Source: Methanotrichaceae archaeon (lineage in GTDB: Archaea > Halobacteriota > Methanosarcinia > Methanotrichales > Methanotrichaceae). From it: a stretch of DNA of 64,000 nt. The notes below the pieces were generated by a model. The model was given only the letters and a program-made list of their open reading frames with translations, ran no database searches and was not told the DNA's origin. Below, one piece after another: positions 31,190 through 42,142 of this stretch (positions within the stretch are counted from its first letter, which is position 1; every line of letters starts with the position of its first letter). Position numbers and translations under genes: made by a program. The DNA lies in the NCBI GenBank assembly GCA_963748825.1, contig CAVVKN010000021.1:1-64000 (forward strand). The letters run 5' to 3'.

Positions 31190-31584
31190 AAGGACAAAAG
31201 GCCAAGATCCCAAGGGCGATCAACACTGGCGCATACCTGGATTGTGTAGACAATACAGGTGCGCGGACGCTACACGTCATCGCAGTCAAGAACTATCGAG
31301 GCGTGAAAAATAGACAGCCCTGCGCAGGGATTGGAGACGTAGTCGTAGTATCTGTGAAAAAGGGAAGCCCGGAGATGAGAAAGCAGATATTTAAAGCTGT
31401 CATCATCCGCCAGAGAAAAGAGTTTCGAAGGCCCGATGGCCTCAGGGTAAAATTTGAGGATAATGCCGCTGTTATCGTAGATGACGAGGGCGTTCCCAAG
31501 GGCTCTGAGGTTAAGGGACCAGTGGCCCGCGAGGTAGCGGAAAGATTTAGCAAGATCGCTTCCGCGGCATCCATGATTGTGTGA
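31186..31584 (+). CDS. rpl14: 50S ribosomal protein L14
   Basis: [20 protein letters not shown]. Confidence 0.97.
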   Translation: MKGQKAKIPRAINTGAYLDCVDNTGARTLHVIAVKNYRGVKNRQPCAGIGDVVVVSVKKGSPEMRKQIFKAVIIRQRKEFRRPDGLRVKFEDNAAVIVDDEGVPKGSEVKGPVAREVAERFSKIASAASMIV

Positions 31585-31949
31585 TGATTATGATTACAAA
31601 ACAGCCAAGGAAGCAGCGGAAAGCGAGGTATACCGCACCGCTGCATAAGCGTCAAAAGTACATGCACGCACCCTTGAGCAAAGCTTTGCGTGAGGAGCTG
31701 AAGAGGCGCAATGCACAGCTTCGCAAGGGCGACACCGTCAAGGTTATGCGTGGCGATCACGCCGGCACCGAAGGAGAGATCGAGGATGTGGATCTTAAGA
31801 GGTGCACCATCAAAGTGGCAGGCGTGAGCAACTACCGGGCTGACGGAACTGAAGTACCGAGAACTATCCATCCCTCCAACGTCATGATAATCAAGCTCGT
31901 TCTTGAAGACGCAGAGAGGGAAAAGATCTTCGCGAGGCGATCAGAATGA
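31581..31949 (+). CDS. rpl24: 50S ribosomal protein L24
   Basis: [24 protein letters not shown]. Confidence 0.96.
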   Translation: MMIMITKQPRKQRKARYTAPLHKRQKYMHAPLSKALREELKRRNAQLRKGDTVKVMRGDHAGTEGEIEDVDLKRCTIKVAGVSNYRADGTEVPRTIHPSNVMIIKLVLEDAEREKIFARRSE

Positions 31950-32650
31950 GCAGACATCAAAAAAGAATAACGGTTCCCGTTAGCTGGCCCATTGCAAAAA
32001 AGACCCACACATGGGTTGCCAAGACCAGCCCCGGGCCTCATTCCGCTGGGGATAGCATGCCTCTCGTGATGGTAGTCCGAGACATGCTTAAGCTGGTAGA
32101 TAATGCCCGCGAGGCAAAGAGGGCTCTGTACGAGGGCAAGGTATTGGTGGATGGAAAAATCCAGAAGGATTACAAGCTGCCTATAGGCATATTCGATGTC
32201 ATATCCGTTCCCTCTAGCAGCCAGCAATACAGAATGCTCAAAGATGAGAAGGGAATGTTCTATCTCAGCTCTCTCGAGGAGGGCAAGGTAAGAAAGCTGG
32301 CCCGAATTGATAATAAAACCTTCATTAAGGGCAAAAAGCAACAGCTTAACTTATCCGACGGCTCAAATAAGCTGGCAGAAGGCGAGTTTAAGGTTGGCGA
32401 TTCTCTGGTCCTCTCACTGCCCGATAAGAATATTGAGGATAGGATCGGCTTTGAGATCGGCAATCTGGCCATGGTCATAGGCGGAAAGCATACCGGCCAA
32501 ATGGGGAAGATCAAAGAGATCATAACCGTGAAGAGCTCCCAGAATAATCGCATCATCATCTCGGGCGACGAGGAGTTTGAGACCATCAAGGATTACGTTT
32601 ACATGATCGGAAAAGATCAGCCTGTCATCAAGCTGGGGGCTGTTAGATGA
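31946..32650 (+). CDS. rps4e: 30S ribosomal protein S4e
   Basis: HQKR, PGPH, GGKHTG. Confidence 0.96.
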   Translation: MSRHQKRITVPVSWPIAKKTHTWVAKTSPGPHSAGDSMPLVMVVRDMLKLVDNAREAKRALYEGKVLVDGKIQKDYKLPIGIFDVISVPSSSQQYRMLKDEKGMFYLSSLEEGKVRKLARIDNKTFIKGKKQQLNLSDGSNKLAEGEFKVGDSLVLSLPDKNIEDRIGFEIGNLAMVIGGKHTGQMGKIKEIITVKSSQNNRIIISGDEEFETIKDYVYMIGKDQPVIKLGAVR

Positions 32651-33162
32651 ATGCCAATCTAATTCCCCGTGTTGACAAGGTTGTCGTGCATGTGGGCGTA
32701 GGAGAGAGCGGACAGAGGCTGGTAAATGCTGAAACCATCATGAAAACCATTACCAAGCAACGGCCTGTTCGTTCCATTGCCAAGAAGACTCTGCCTACCT
32801 TCGGGATCAAAAAAAATGAGCCCATAGGTGCAAAGCTTACCTTGCGAGGAAAAGCGGCTGAGGATTTCCTTGTCATAGCCCTGAAGGCTGCAGGAAATAC
32901 CCTAAAAAAGAGCCAGTTCGACATGCAAGGCAACTTCTCTTTCGGCATTGAGGAGCACACCGACTTTCCAGGCATGAGATACGATCCAGATATAGGCATA
33001 TTCGGCATGGACGTATCTGTAGCCTTGAAGAGGGCCGGCTATCGGATTGCAATGCGGCGCGTGGCGCAAAAGAAACTTCCCAGCCGACAGAGGCTGAATA
33101 AAGACGAAACAGCAGAGTTCGTCTCAAAGAAGTTCGGCATTGAGATCTTGGAGGCAGCATGA
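32647..33162 (+). CDS. rpl5: 50S ribosomal protein L5
   Basis: [27 protein letters not shown]. Confidence 0.97.
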   Translation: MNANLIPRVDKVVVHVGVGESGQRLVNAETIMKTITKQRPVRSIAKKTLPTFGIKKNEPIGAKLTLRGKAAEDFLVIALKAAGNTLKKSQFDMQGNFSFGIEEHTDFPGMRYDPDIGIFGMDVSVALKRAGYRIAMRRVAQKKLPSRQRLNKDETAEFVSKKFGIEILEAA

Positions 33163-33311
33163 AGAAAGGAAAAAAGGTCTTCGGAAGAGGTTCAAACCCG
33201 TGCAAGCGCTGTGGAAATAAAAACGGCCTGATAAGAAAGTACGGGATATACATTTGCCGGCAGTGCTTCCGAGAGATCGCCCCTGAGATGGGTTTTGAAA
33301 AATATTCGTAG
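33159..33311 (+). CDS. rps14: 30S ribosomal protein S14 (zinc type; not in ORF track)
   Basis: [19 protein letters not shown]...[19 protein letters not shown]. Confidence 0.95.
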   Translation: MKKGKKVFGRGSNPCKRCGNKNGLIRKYGIYICRQCFREIAPEMGFEKYS

Positions 33312-33710
33312 GTGGTTGCATTGTTATTGGATCCACTGGCCGATGCCCTATCCGTAATAAAGAATGCGGAGAGCGTAGGCAAGCCTGAATGTATCATTCA
33401 TCCCGCCTCCAAGCTCATAGGAAGAGCTCTGAAGGTTATGGCGGATAGAGGATACATAGGCGAGTTCGAATTTGTTGACGACGGAAAGTCGGGAATGTTC
33501 CGAGTAAAGCTCCTGGGAAGGATCAACCGATGCGGCGTAATTAAGCCCCGGTTTTCGACCAAGGTGACCGAGATGGAGAAATGGGAGAAGCGATTCCTCC
33601 CCGCCAGGAACTTCGGTGTTCTGATACTGAGCACCAGTAAGGGAGTCATGGCCCATTCTGATGCCAGGTCCCAATTCCTGGGCGGTCAGCTCCTGGCTTA
33701 CGTATACTAG
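33312..33710 (+). CDS. rps8: 30S ribosomal protein S8
   Basis: [24 protein letters not shown]. Confidence 0.96.
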   Translation: MVALLLDPLADALSVIKNAESVGKPECIIHPASKLIGRALKVMADRGYIGEFEFVDDGKSGMFRVKLLGRINRCGVIKPRFSTKVTEMEKWEKRFLPARNFGVLILSTSKGVMAHSDARSQFLGGQLLAYVY

Positions 33711-33719
33711 GTGGTCGCA

Positions 33720-34250
33720 ATGGTCAAAGAGATTGCACGACAGGTAGAGATTCCAGAAGGAGTTGCCGTAACTGTAGACGGGAATACCGTCACGGTTAAG
33801 GGGCCGAAAGGTGAGGTCAGCAGGCAGCTTTGCTATCCTGAGATAGAGATCAAGAAAGAGGAATCTCAACTGATCGTGAATTCCAGGCTCGATAGAAAGC
33901 AGCACCGAGCAATGGTGGGGACACTGGCCGCGCACATCAGCAATATGATTGCAGGCGTAAGCCGGGGTTATGAGTACAAGATGAAGGTCGTGTACTCTCA
34001 CTTCCCCATACAGCTCAAGGAAGCTTCCAACGAGCTCATCATAAACAACTTCCTGGGCGAAAGGAAGTCTCGATCCGCCAAGATTCTACCTGGTGCGAAG
34101 GTCGAGATCGGCAAAGATGAAGTAACGATCACAGGCATCGACAAGGAGCAGGTTGGCCAGACCATGGCCAATATTGAGCAGGCTACCAGGGTGCATGGTT
34201 TCGATATCAGGATATTCCAAGACGGAATATACCTGGTGGACAAGAGGTGA
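33720..34250 (+). CDS. rpl6: 50S ribosomal protein L6
   Basis: VKGPKG, YSHFP, NFLGE, FQDGIY. Confidence 0.96.
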   Translation: MVKEIARQVEIPEGVAVTVDGNTVTVKGPKGEVSRQLCYPEIEIKKEESQLIVNSRLDRKQHRAMVGTLAAHISNMIAGVSRGYEYKMKVVYSHFPIQLKEASNELIINNFLGERKSRSAKILPGAKVEIGKDEVTITGIDKEQVGQTMANIEQATRVHGFDIRIFQDGIYLVDKR

Positions 34251-34255
34251 CGAGG

Positions 34256-34630
34256 ATGGCAGAGAGGTTGCTGAGAGTTAGAACCCGGCAAAAATCAAAG
34301 AAGCCTGAGTTCAACTTACATGATTCACATAAAAAGAAGCGGCTTAGCACCAGCTGGCGAAAGCCTCGCGGCCTGCACAACAAGCTCCGGCAGCAGATTG
34401 CTGCTAAAGGCAAGCTGGTTAGAGTCGGCTATGGAAGCCCCAAGGCGGTTAAGGGATTTCATCCCTGCGGCCTTCCTGAGGTACTGGTTAATAATGTAGC
34501 AGAGGTGCTGAAGGCGCAGGGCTCTGTGGTACGCATAGCATCAGGTGTTGGCATGAAGAAGCGCCTGGAGATGCAGGCTAAAGCGGCTGAGGCTGGCCTT
34601 AGGGTGCTCAATCCCAAGGGTGGTGCCTAG
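34256..34630 (+). CDS. rpl32e: 50S ribosomal protein L32e
   Basis: WRKPRG, GYGSP, HPCG. Confidence 0.95.
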   Translation: MAERLLRVRTRQKSKKPEFNLHDSHKKKRLSTSWRKPRGLHNKLRQQIAAKGKLVRVGYGSPKAVKGFHPCGLPEVLVNNVAEVLKAQGSVVRIASGVGMKKRLEMQAKAAEAGLRVLNPKGGA

Positions 34631-34632
34631 AA

Positions 34633-35094
34633 ATGCCGGGCTTAACAACGCAGCGGCGCCTCGCCGCAGCGGAGCTTAAAATCGGCGAGAGCCGGGTCTG
34701 GATCAATCCCGATCCAGAGGTGGCAAGCGAGCTTTCCGATGCCATTACCCGAGAGGACATTCGCTCCCAGGTAGAGGCAGGAAATATCAAGGCCAAGCCC
34801 AAGAAGGGCAACAGCCGAGGCAGAATTAGGGCCAGAGCAGCAAAGCGCGCCTATGGTCACTGCAAAGGAGCGGGACATAGAAGAGGTGCCAAAGGTGCCC
34901 GATGCCCGAGAAAAGAGCAGTGGATGACCAAAATCCGGGCTCTGCGAAAGAAGCTTCGGGAGCTTCGTGAAGGCGGCCAGATAGATCGCCATGCCTACCG
35001 CTTGCTTTATCGCAAATCCAAAGGCGGCGAGTATAGGAGTTTGGCGCACATGAACTCTTTCATCAAGGCTAAGGGCCTTGCCAGGAGTGAATAA
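34633..35094 (+). CDS. rpl19e: 50S ribosomal protein L19e
   Basis: QRRLAA, GESRVW, AITREDI, LYRKSKGG. Confidence 0.96.
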   Translation: MPGLTTQRRLAAAELKIGESRVWINPDPEVASELSDAITREDIRSQVEAGNIKAKPKKGNSRGRIRARAAKRAYGHCKGAGHRRGAKGARCPRKEQWMTKIRALRKKLRELREGGQIDRHAYRLLYRKSKGGEYRSLAHMNSFIKAKGLARSE

Positions 35095-35095
35095 C

Positions 35096-35605
35096 TTGGC
35101 TACAGGACCGAGATATAGAGTCCCCTTCCGAAGAAGAAGAGAGGGCAAGACCAACTATCACGTCAGATATAAGCTAATACTATCGAAGAAACCCCGCGTT
35201 GTTGTCAGGAAGAGCAATGCCAACACATTGCTGCAATTGGTGCTGGCGGAGCAAAAAGGCGATAAAACCCTCCTGACGGTTAATTCCCTAGAGCTGCAGG
35301 ACTATGGATATACCTTTAGCAGGAGCAATATACCTGCTGCCTACCTTACCGGCCTTCTCTTCGGCAAGAAGATGCTGGCCCTGGGCATTGATGAGGGTAT
35401 CGCAGATATTGGTCTGCATGCCTCCACTAAAGGCAACAGAATCTATGCTGCCATCAAAGGCATCGTAGATGCAGGTGTAAATGTGCCTCATGGCCCGGAG
35501 ATCTTCCCCGATGAGAAGAGGATTTGTGGCGAGCACATAAAGAAACACACGGGAGCAGATATCGTGGCCCAATTCGAGCAGGTTCGAGAGAAGATACTGG
35601 GGTGA
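35096..35605 (+). CDS. rpl18: 50S ribosomal protein L18
   Basis: [26 protein letters not shown]. Confidence 0.96.
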   Translation: MATGPRYRVPFRRRREGKTNYHVRYKLILSKKPRVVVRKSNANTLLQLVLAEQKGDKTLLTVNSLELQDYGYTFSRSNIPAAYLTGLLFGKKMLALGIDEGIADIGLHASTKGNRIYAAIKGIVDAGVNVPHGPEIFPDEKRICGEHIKKHTGADIVAQFEQVREKILG

Positions 35606-35609
35606 ACTT

Positions 35610-36233
35610 ATGGATCGGAAAAAGAAGCGTGATTTTTACCAGGAAGAGTGGGTCCCCAGGACAAGGCTGGGCAAGCTCGTCTTTGAGGGCCAAATAACCT
35701 CTTTCGATGAGGCAATTGCCTCAGGTCTGCCCATTAAGGAGGCCGGCCTGATAGATGCATTGATACCGGGACTTGAGGATGAAGTTCTGGATATCAACAT
35801 GGTTCAGAGGATGACGGACTCCGGAAGGAGAGTCAAATTCAGAACCACGGTAATTGTGGGAAACAGAGACGGCTATATTGGACTTGGCGAAGGAAAGGAT
35901 GTTCAGGTGGGCAAAGCCATCAAGAAGGGCATCGATAGTGCCAAGCGAAATATCGTGAAGGTGAAGCGAGGTTGCGGAAGCTGGGAATGCGGCTGCGGCC
36001 AGGCGCACACTGTGCCTTATCAGGTAATCGGCGAGTCAGGAAGCGTCAGGGTAGTACTTATCCCAGCGCCCCGGGGCTTGGGCATCGCTGCAGGCGATAC
36101 ATCCAAGAAGGTCATGGACATGGCCGGCATCAAGGATGTGTGGACAAGAACGGCAGGTTCGACCAGGACGACTATCAATTTCGCCAAGGCCACCTACAAT
36201 GCACTCATCAATACCGTAACTGTGAGGGCTTGA
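35610..36233 (+). CDS. rps5: 30S ribosomal protein S5
   Basis: [27 protein letters not shown]. Confidence 0.97.
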   Translation: MDRKKKRDFYQEEWVPRTRLGKLVFEGQITSFDEAIASGLPIKEAGLIDALIPGLEDEVLDINMVQRMTDSGRRVKFRTTVIVGNRDGYIGLGEGKDVQVGKAIKKGIDSAKRNIVKVKRGCGSWECGCGQAHTVPYQVIGESGSVRVVLIPAPRGLGIAAGDTSKKVMDMAGIKDVWTRTAGSTRTTINFAKATYNALINTVTVRA

Positions 36234-36235
36234 AG

Positions 36236-36691
36236 ATGTTTGCCATAGTGAGATTGAGAGGCGAGGTGAACGTTCGGCCAGGGATCAAGTCCACTTTAGC
36301 GATGCTGCATATGCACAGAGTCAACCATTGCATCGTCGTCAAGGAAGATGAGCATTACCGGGGCATGATCCAGAAGGTAAAGGACTATGTTGCCTGGGGC
36401 AAGATAGACGATGATACTCTGGCCTTGCTCCTCGAGAAGCGGGGACGGCTGAGTGCAAACAGGCGGCTGACAGAGCAGTTCTTGAAAGAGAATACATCCT
36501 ATAGCTCCTTCAAGGAATTGGCCAGTGCTATCACCTCTGGGGCCACAAGCCTGAAGGATCTGGAAATCAAGCCCATATTCCGGCTCCATCCGGCTCGCAA
36601 GGGTTTAAAGACCATCAAGAAGACCGCGCAACAGGGCGGAGATCTGGGCTTCCGCGCGGATTTGGCGGATCTTATCAAGAGGATGAGGTAA
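36236..36691 (+). CDS. rpl30: 50S ribosomal protein L30
   Basis: MFAIVRLRG, KVKDYVAWG, RLHPARKG. Confidence 0.95.
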   Translation: MFAIVRLRGEVNVRPGIKSTLAMLHMHRVNHCIVVKEDEHYRGMIQKVKDYVAWGKIDDDTLALLLEKRGRLSANRRLTEQFLKENTSYSSFKELASAITSGATSLKDLEIKPIFRLHPARKGLKTIKKTAQQGGDLGFRADLADLIKRMR

Positions 36692-36697
36692 GAAACC

Positions 36698-37075
36698 ATG
36701 GTTAGACCAAAGACGAAGGAAAAGAGAGGGCATAGAACCTACCACGGCAAGCATAAGAATGCGCGCGGAGGCGGGTCTCGCGGCGGCCGTGGAGATTCAG
36801 GGAAGTGCAAACATCACTTCATGCGCTCTATGCTTCTCGGAACTCAGATGGGCAAGCATGGATTCGTCAAGCTGCCTCTTTCCGAGGAGCTTGAAGTGGT
36901 CAACGTGGACGTGCTGGACCAGATGGCAGGCCCGGATGGCAAAATTGAGCTTTCCGAGATGAAGGTTCTGGGTCGCGGCAAGGTAACTAGAACGCTTAAC
37001 GTTAGCGCGGCTGGATTCACTGCGACGGCGAAAAGCAAAATTGAGGCTGCTGGTGGTCAGGCAGTAGTAGTATGA
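36698..37075 (+). CDS. rpl15: 50S ribosomal protein L15
   Basis: RGGGSRGGRG, KVLGRG, KIEAAGG. Confidence 0.95.
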   Translation: MVRPKTKEKRGHRTYHGKHKNARGGGSRGGRGDSGKCKHHFMRSMLLGTQMGKHGFVKLPLSEELEVVNVDVLDQMAGPDGKIELSEMKVLGRGKVTRTLNVSAAGFTATAKSKIEAAGGQAVVV

Positions 37076-38683
37076 ACCAGCAGAGTTTCTTTTATGCGAT
37101 AGAGCCCTTTGTGCGCCGGCTCCCCTCCGTGGAGCGGCCCACTGGGCACGTCCATTTTAAGAGAAAGCTAAGCTGGACTTTAGCCATACTGATTCTCTAC
37201 TTCACCCTGGGAAACATACCCCTCTTTGGGCTTTCCACAGCATCCATAGATATTTTCAGTGCTTATCGTGCCTTCTTTGCCGGATCCTTCGGCTCGATGA
37301 TGCTCCTTGGCATCGGTCCAATTGTTACTGCATCCATCGTATTGCAGCTTCTCGTGGGCGCCCAGATCATCAAGCTCAATCTGAGCGAACCCCGCGATCA
37401 GGCTATTTATCAGGGCACGCAAAAAGCGCTGGTATTCGTTATGGTCGCAGTTGAGGCCCTTCCGCAGGTGTTGGGTGGCTATCTGCTACCTGATGCCGGT
37501 TTAGCTGGGACTCTCGGCGTTTCCCTGGGCATGATATCATTATTGATCTTTATTCAGGTCTTCGTAGGCGGATCACTCATCGTTTATATGGATGAGGTCG
37601 TCTCAAAATGGGGCGTCGGCTCGGGAGTGGGGCTCTTTATCGTAGCTGGAATAAGCCAGCAGCTGGTCACGGGCATCATCAATCCGGCAAGCGGCGATGC
37701 TGGGCTTCCTGTGGGCATCATACCCAAATGGATCGATATCATCAGGCTGCAGCTCATCGGCTTTGATACCCTCTTCACATCGGAAGGGCTGAGATTCATT
37801 CTGGTCACGGGCGGAATTTTGGCGCTCATATCTACTATAACGATCATTTTACTGGTCGTTTTGGTGGAGTCCACCAGAATTGAGATCCCACTGGCCCACA
37901 GCCGTGTGCGGGGCGCGCGGGGACGGTTCCCTGTCAAGCTGGTTTACGCCTCAGTTCTTCCCATGATCCTGGTGCGGGCCATTCAGGCCAACATCGAGAT
38001 GATTGGTGCATTGCTGGCAGGCAAGATCGGCACAATAACCTCGGCCACGGTAACCGGCCAGGGCGTAACCACGATTTATACCGGCTACTCCAGCATTCTG
38101 GGAACACTTCATCTCGGAAGCTAAAATTAATTCAGCTACGGGAGCGGCCATGAGCGGCTCTTCGCCTCAGCCGGTATCGGGCTTGATGTACTATCTATCT
38201 GCCTTGCGAGGTCCCAGTGACTGGATGCCGGGAATGGTACAGAACCATCCAGGCATGACGGAATTGGGATTCGCGGCTCTGGCCGGCTGGCAGATATTTC
38301 TGCATGTGCTCGTGGACGCTTCATTCTTGATCATTGGCGGCATTATCTTCGCCATCTTCTGGATTGAGACCACGGGCATGGGCCCCAAGAGCGTGGCTGC
38401 CAAGATCCACAACTCTGGCCTACAGGTTCCGGGCTACAGAAGAAACCCGGCCTCCATTGAGAAGCTGATGGAGAGGTATATTCCCAAGGTGACTGTGATT
38501 GGCGGCGTGATCATAGGCGTTTTAACCTTGATCGCCAGCCTATTGGGCACACTGGGAGGCGCGGGCGGCACGGGACTGCTCTTGGCTGTGAGCATTGTCT
38601 ATCGGCTCTATGAGCAGGTAGCCAGCGAGCAGATCCAGGAGATGTACCCCATGATGCAGAAGTTCTTCGGAGCGTCGGCATGA
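37072..38683 (+). CDS. secY: preprotein translocase SecY (+1 frameshift near 38104)
   Basis: LGIGPIVTASI, GVGSGVGLFI, FPVKLVYAS, PGYRRNP, GGTGLLL; removing one base rejoins the two ORFs. Confidence 0.93.
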
Positions 38684-39288
38684 ATGCCCAGCTGACCAAG
38701 TCCCTGGACAAAGCCGCCATGGCGGTGGGCTTTGTCCTCTTTTTTGGGGTAATGATCAGCACTGAACTTAGAACTGGCCTGGGAGAGGCTACAGGTTTCT
38801 TGCTGGGATGGCTACCAGAAATTCTGCCTTTCCACGTGGTGCTCTTCATTTTGGCTGCCATCACAGGCCTATACGCCAGCCTGATTCAGAAATACACCAT
38901 GGACTGGGAGTTCCTGCGCAGCTCGCAAGAGAGGATGAAGAAGCTGCAAAGAAATATGAAAGAAGCGCAGCTATCCGGAGATCAGTCCAGGATTCAAGCC
39001 GCGCAAAACGAGCAGATGAAGGCGGTGGCCGATCAGGGCAAGATGATGCAGATGCAGTTCAAACCCATGCTCTACATCGGTATCGTCTCCATACCACTCT
39101 TCATGTGGGCTTACAGTTACATATCCGCTAACCCTAACATGATGATGACCTTTCCCTTTTGGGGGACGCATCCTATCAATTCCACGGTCTTGGGGCCGAT
39201 CCTTTACTGGTTCTACTGGTACTTTATCTGCTCACTGCCTGTATCGCAGATTATCCGTAAGGCTCTGGACATTGGGAGCATGAGCTAG
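38680..39288 (+). CDS. DUF106 / EMC3-TMCO1 (Oxa1 superfamily) membrane protein
   Basis: coiled coil then QFKPM, W..WYFICS. Confidence 0.9.
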   Translation: MNAQLTKSLDKAAMAVGFVLFFGVMISTELRTGLGEATGFLLGWLPEILPFHVVLFILAAITGLYASLIQKYTMDWEFLRSSQERMKKLQRNMKEAQLSGDQSRIQAAQNEQMKAVADQGKMMQMQFKPMLYIGIVSIPLFMWAYSYISANPNMMMTFPFWGTHPINSTVLGPILYWFYWYFICSLPVSQIIRKALDIGSMS

Positions 39289-39290
39289 AG

Positions 39291-39806
39291 ATGATAGTAA
39301 CCATCAGCGGTGCGCCGGGAACGGGCACCTCAACTCTTGCTCGCTCTCTCTCCGCGCAGCTAAAACTGCGCTGGGTAAACTCCGGGGATCTTTTTCGCAA
39401 GATCGCAGGCGAGAAGAATATCTCCGTTCGGGATATGAACCGTCTGGCCGAGAAGGGTCCGGAGATCGACTATCTCATTGATGATGCCCAAAAGGCCCTG
39501 GCTAAAGAGGGGGACGGCATCTTTGAGGGCCGGCTGTCCGGGCATCTGCTGCCGGCTGATTTGAAGGTTCTTTTAAAGGCTGATTTGCGCACAAGAGCTG
39601 AGCGCATCGCCAAACGCGAGGCAAAGCTGACTGAGGACGCCATGCAGGAGACACGCGTTCGAGAGGAGAGCGAGGCCCGGCGGTATAAGATGTACTACAA
39701 TATTGATATCAGCGACTTTTCCGCTTATGATCTTGTAGTGGATAGCGGCAAGCTCGATGAAGCAGCCACGCTGGCAATTGTGCTGGCAGCAGTGAGGGGC
39801 CGTTAG
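39291..39806 (+). CDS. cmk: cytidylate kinase
   Basis: ISGAPGTGTST, EGRLSG, RYKMYY.ID. Confidence 0.93.
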   Translation: MIVTISGAPGTGTSTLARSLSAQLKLRWVNSGDLFRKIAGEKNISVRDMNRLAEKGPEIDYLIDDAQKALAKEGDGIFEGRLSGHLLPADLKVLLKADLRTRAERIAKREAKLTEDAMQETRVREESEARRYKMYYNIDISDFSAYDLVVDSGKLDEAATLAIVLAAVRGR

Positions 39807-40981
39807 TGTCCGTGATCCATCGCGCTGAGAGGGCTGAGAAAGCTGAGAAAAGACCTGAACGCGGATCACCGCGCTATTCAGCTAGCTCGCCCGCTGCCTC
39901 CTCCTCATCTACTCCATCACCTACTACCTCGTCTGCTTCCACATATCCGCAAATTCTTCCTTCTGACAAGGTCAGGTCCGTGCTGATAAAGCGAAGCGGC
40001 AAGACCAATTCTTCCTATGGCATCCCGCCCGAGAAGCGCAGCCTAGAGATGCACATGTCTTTAGGGGCCATCAATCTGGACAAGACCTCTGGGCCGACCA
40101 GCCACGAAGTGGCCGCCTGGGTGAAACGCATTTTGGAAGTAGAGAAAGCGGGGCACAGCGGTACTCTTGACCCAAAGGTGACGGGAATTCTGCCTGTTCT
40201 CCTGGGAGACGCAACGAGGATTATGGATACTCTTCTCCTGGCGGGAAAGGAGTACATCTGCCTCATGCGTGTGCATAAGCCCCAGCCAAAGAAGCGCCTC
40301 TCCGATGTATGCGGAGAGTTCATGGGCCCCATTTTCCAAAAGCCGCCCCTGAAGAGCTCGGTGGTAAAGGAACTACGCATTCGCACCATTTATTATCTGG
40401 ATGTCCTGGAGATTGAGGAGCAGCGTGTGCTCATGCGCGTGGGCTGCCAGGCGGGCACCTACATCCGCAAGCTTTGCTTTGATATTGGTCTGGCTTTAGG
40501 CACGGGCGCGAACATGGAGGAGCTGCGCCGCACGCGCGCGGGGCCATTCCGGGAGGATGAGACGCTGGTCACGCTGCATCAACTCATTGATGCCTATGCC
40601 GCCTGGAAGGAGACCGGCGATGAGTCTGGCCTTCGGCGTGTCATTTTGCCAGTGGAGGCGGCTTTGCGGCATCTGCCCCGGCTGGTTATTGCTGATAATG
40701 CCGTGGATGCCATCTGTCACGGCGCGCCCCTGGCCCTGCCCGGGCTCCTTCGCCTGGAGACAGATATTAGTAAGGGCGACATTGTTGCCCTCTTTACCCT
40801 GAAAGGAGAAGCTGTGGGCATTGGTCGGGCCGATATGAACAGCCGGGAGATGCTCGACGGCAAGACGGGCATTGCCGTTCTGACCGAAAGGGTAATAATG
40901 GAGCCGGGCACGTATCCCAAGGCGTGGAAGCTGGCCGAGAGGGAAGCTTCCGAGGCAGCGAAAAGAGCTGCCAAGCGCTAA
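39806..40981 (+). CDS. truB: H/ACA pseudouridine synthase Cbf5 / TruB
   Basis: DKTSGPTSH, GHSGTLDPKVTG, GTYIRKLC, PUA domain. Confidence 0.95.
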   Translation: MSVIHRAERAEKAEKRPERGSPRYSASSPAASSSSTPSPTTSSASTYPQILPSDKVRSVLIKRSGKTNSSYGIPPEKRSLEMHMSLGAINLDKTSGPTSHEVAAWVKRILEVEKAGHSGTLDPKVTGILPVLLGDATRIMDTLLLAGKEYICLMRVHKPQPKKRLSDVCGEFMGPIFQKPPLKSSVVKELRIRTIYYLDVLEIEEQRVLMRVGCQAGTYIRKLCFDIGLALGTGANMEELRRTRAGPFREDETLVTLHQLIDAYAAWKETGDESGLRRVILPVEAALRHLPRLVIADNAVDAICHGAPLALPGLLRLETDISKGDIVALFTLKGEAVGIGRADMNSREMLDGKTGIAVLTERVIMEPGTYPKAWKLAEREASEAAKRAAKR

Positions 40982-41001
40982 AACCTGAAATCTAAATCTG
41001 T

Positions 41002-41100
41002 GCCGAGGTCGTCTAGCGGTAGGGCGCCAGCCTGGAGTGAGTTCTCCTAGATAGCTGGTGATCCGCAAGGGTCTCGTGAGTTCGAATCTCACCCTCGGCG
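41002..41100 (+). tRNA. tRNA-Ser(GGA) with 15-nt canonical intron at 41038-41052
   Basis: GCCGAGG/CCTCGGC acceptor stem, anticodon GGA, long variable arm, GTTCGAATC T-loop; BHB motif AG^T / CTGG:CTAG / AT^A. Confidence 0.93.
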
Positions 41101-41318
41101 CTTTTCTTATCTGCAGGCAACAGTTGACTTTTTCAGAGTTTTTCTGAGCGCAGGCAATCGCGGTTTTTCATACCACGGCTTGGCAGTGTCTTGTGAAATA
41201 TGCCCCCCCGTCTCCAAATTTGCCACCATCTCTTTTCCCATGGCCGGTGAATAAGAGCGCTTGCAGGCCCATTCCCACAAATTTTCCTAATGCTCCGGTT
41301 CCGTCGTAAAATGGGTAT

Positions 41319-41432
41319 CTATTCTTTCTCATTATGGTCGCTGTGGTGCTTCTTTTTCACGAACCACAAGAGAGCCAGCAAACCAATCACGAATAGCTTT
41401 ATTTTTATAATCTTCTTGATAAGTTTTAACAT
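41319..41432 (-). CDS. small cationic membrane peptide (37 aa)
   Basis: MLKLIKKIIKIKLFVIGLLALLWFVKKKHH..., TATA-like sequence ~25-30 bp upstream. Confidence 0.45.
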   Translation of the reverse strand: MLKLIKKIIKIKLFVIGLLALLWFVKKKHHSDHNEKE

Positions 41433-41914
41433 AATCGATTTCACCAGAGCTATATACGTCTTAAAACTATAAAAATGTGACCTCTTCATGGCCTGCTTGG
41501 TCCGGGCTGCCCACAGCGTCATAAACATTATCGCCCATATCCAATCGGCCCTGGGCCTCATGCTATTTCTTCAAATAGTTTGATTTTTTCCGGGCCATAA
41601 TCGAAAAGAAAATAATTCATGTTTGTTGCTTAGAGATTCTTGGTGGAGAGGGACTTATATTCCCCTATCCAAGTCGTCCCTCCTCTCCATCCGCCCCCGT
41701 ACCTGTTAAGTCGCCCATGGCCGTGGTCCGGTAGTTCATCAGTCAGGAGATCAAGAGCATCAAGGCTGGAGTCCGCATTAAGAAGGCTTTAGTCCGTTTC
41801 ATGGTTTCATTCATTTCTTTGTATCTTATTCAAGCTCTCCCTTTATGTAAAAATGCTTTCCTGCTATCTTTTTCCGGCGAAGGTACTTATTCTTACACGT
41901 AGGATAGACATACT

Positions 41915-42142
41915 ATGACAGGAGTCCTCGAGCAGCTAATAAGGCCACAAAAGAAGGCTATGCATCGCTCTGATCTAAAGGCTATGGAACTCCAGACAGC
42001 CAAGGAGATCCTAGCCGAGGTCTTCCGGGTCAGGCTCTCTGAAGTGGATGAGATGATCCAGAACCGATTTGAAGCCGACGGTTCCAAAGGTATAGTCGCT
42101 AAAGAAGAGGGCCTATGGCCGCAGGAGTTCTGGCTGGATTAG
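41915..42142 (+). CDS. hypothetical protein
   Basis: 75-aa ORF with protein-like composition (AKEILAEVFRVRLSEVDEMI). Confidence 0.5.
   Translation: MTGVLEQLIRPQKKAMHRSDLKAMELQTAKEILAEVFRVRLSEVDEMIQNRFEADGSKGIVAKEEGLWPQEFWLD

Noticed and set aside
41107-41300. Possible tyrosine-integrase C-terminal remnant on the minus strand (GH.S..T...WY)
   Set aside because: Too short and interrupted to support without a profile search.
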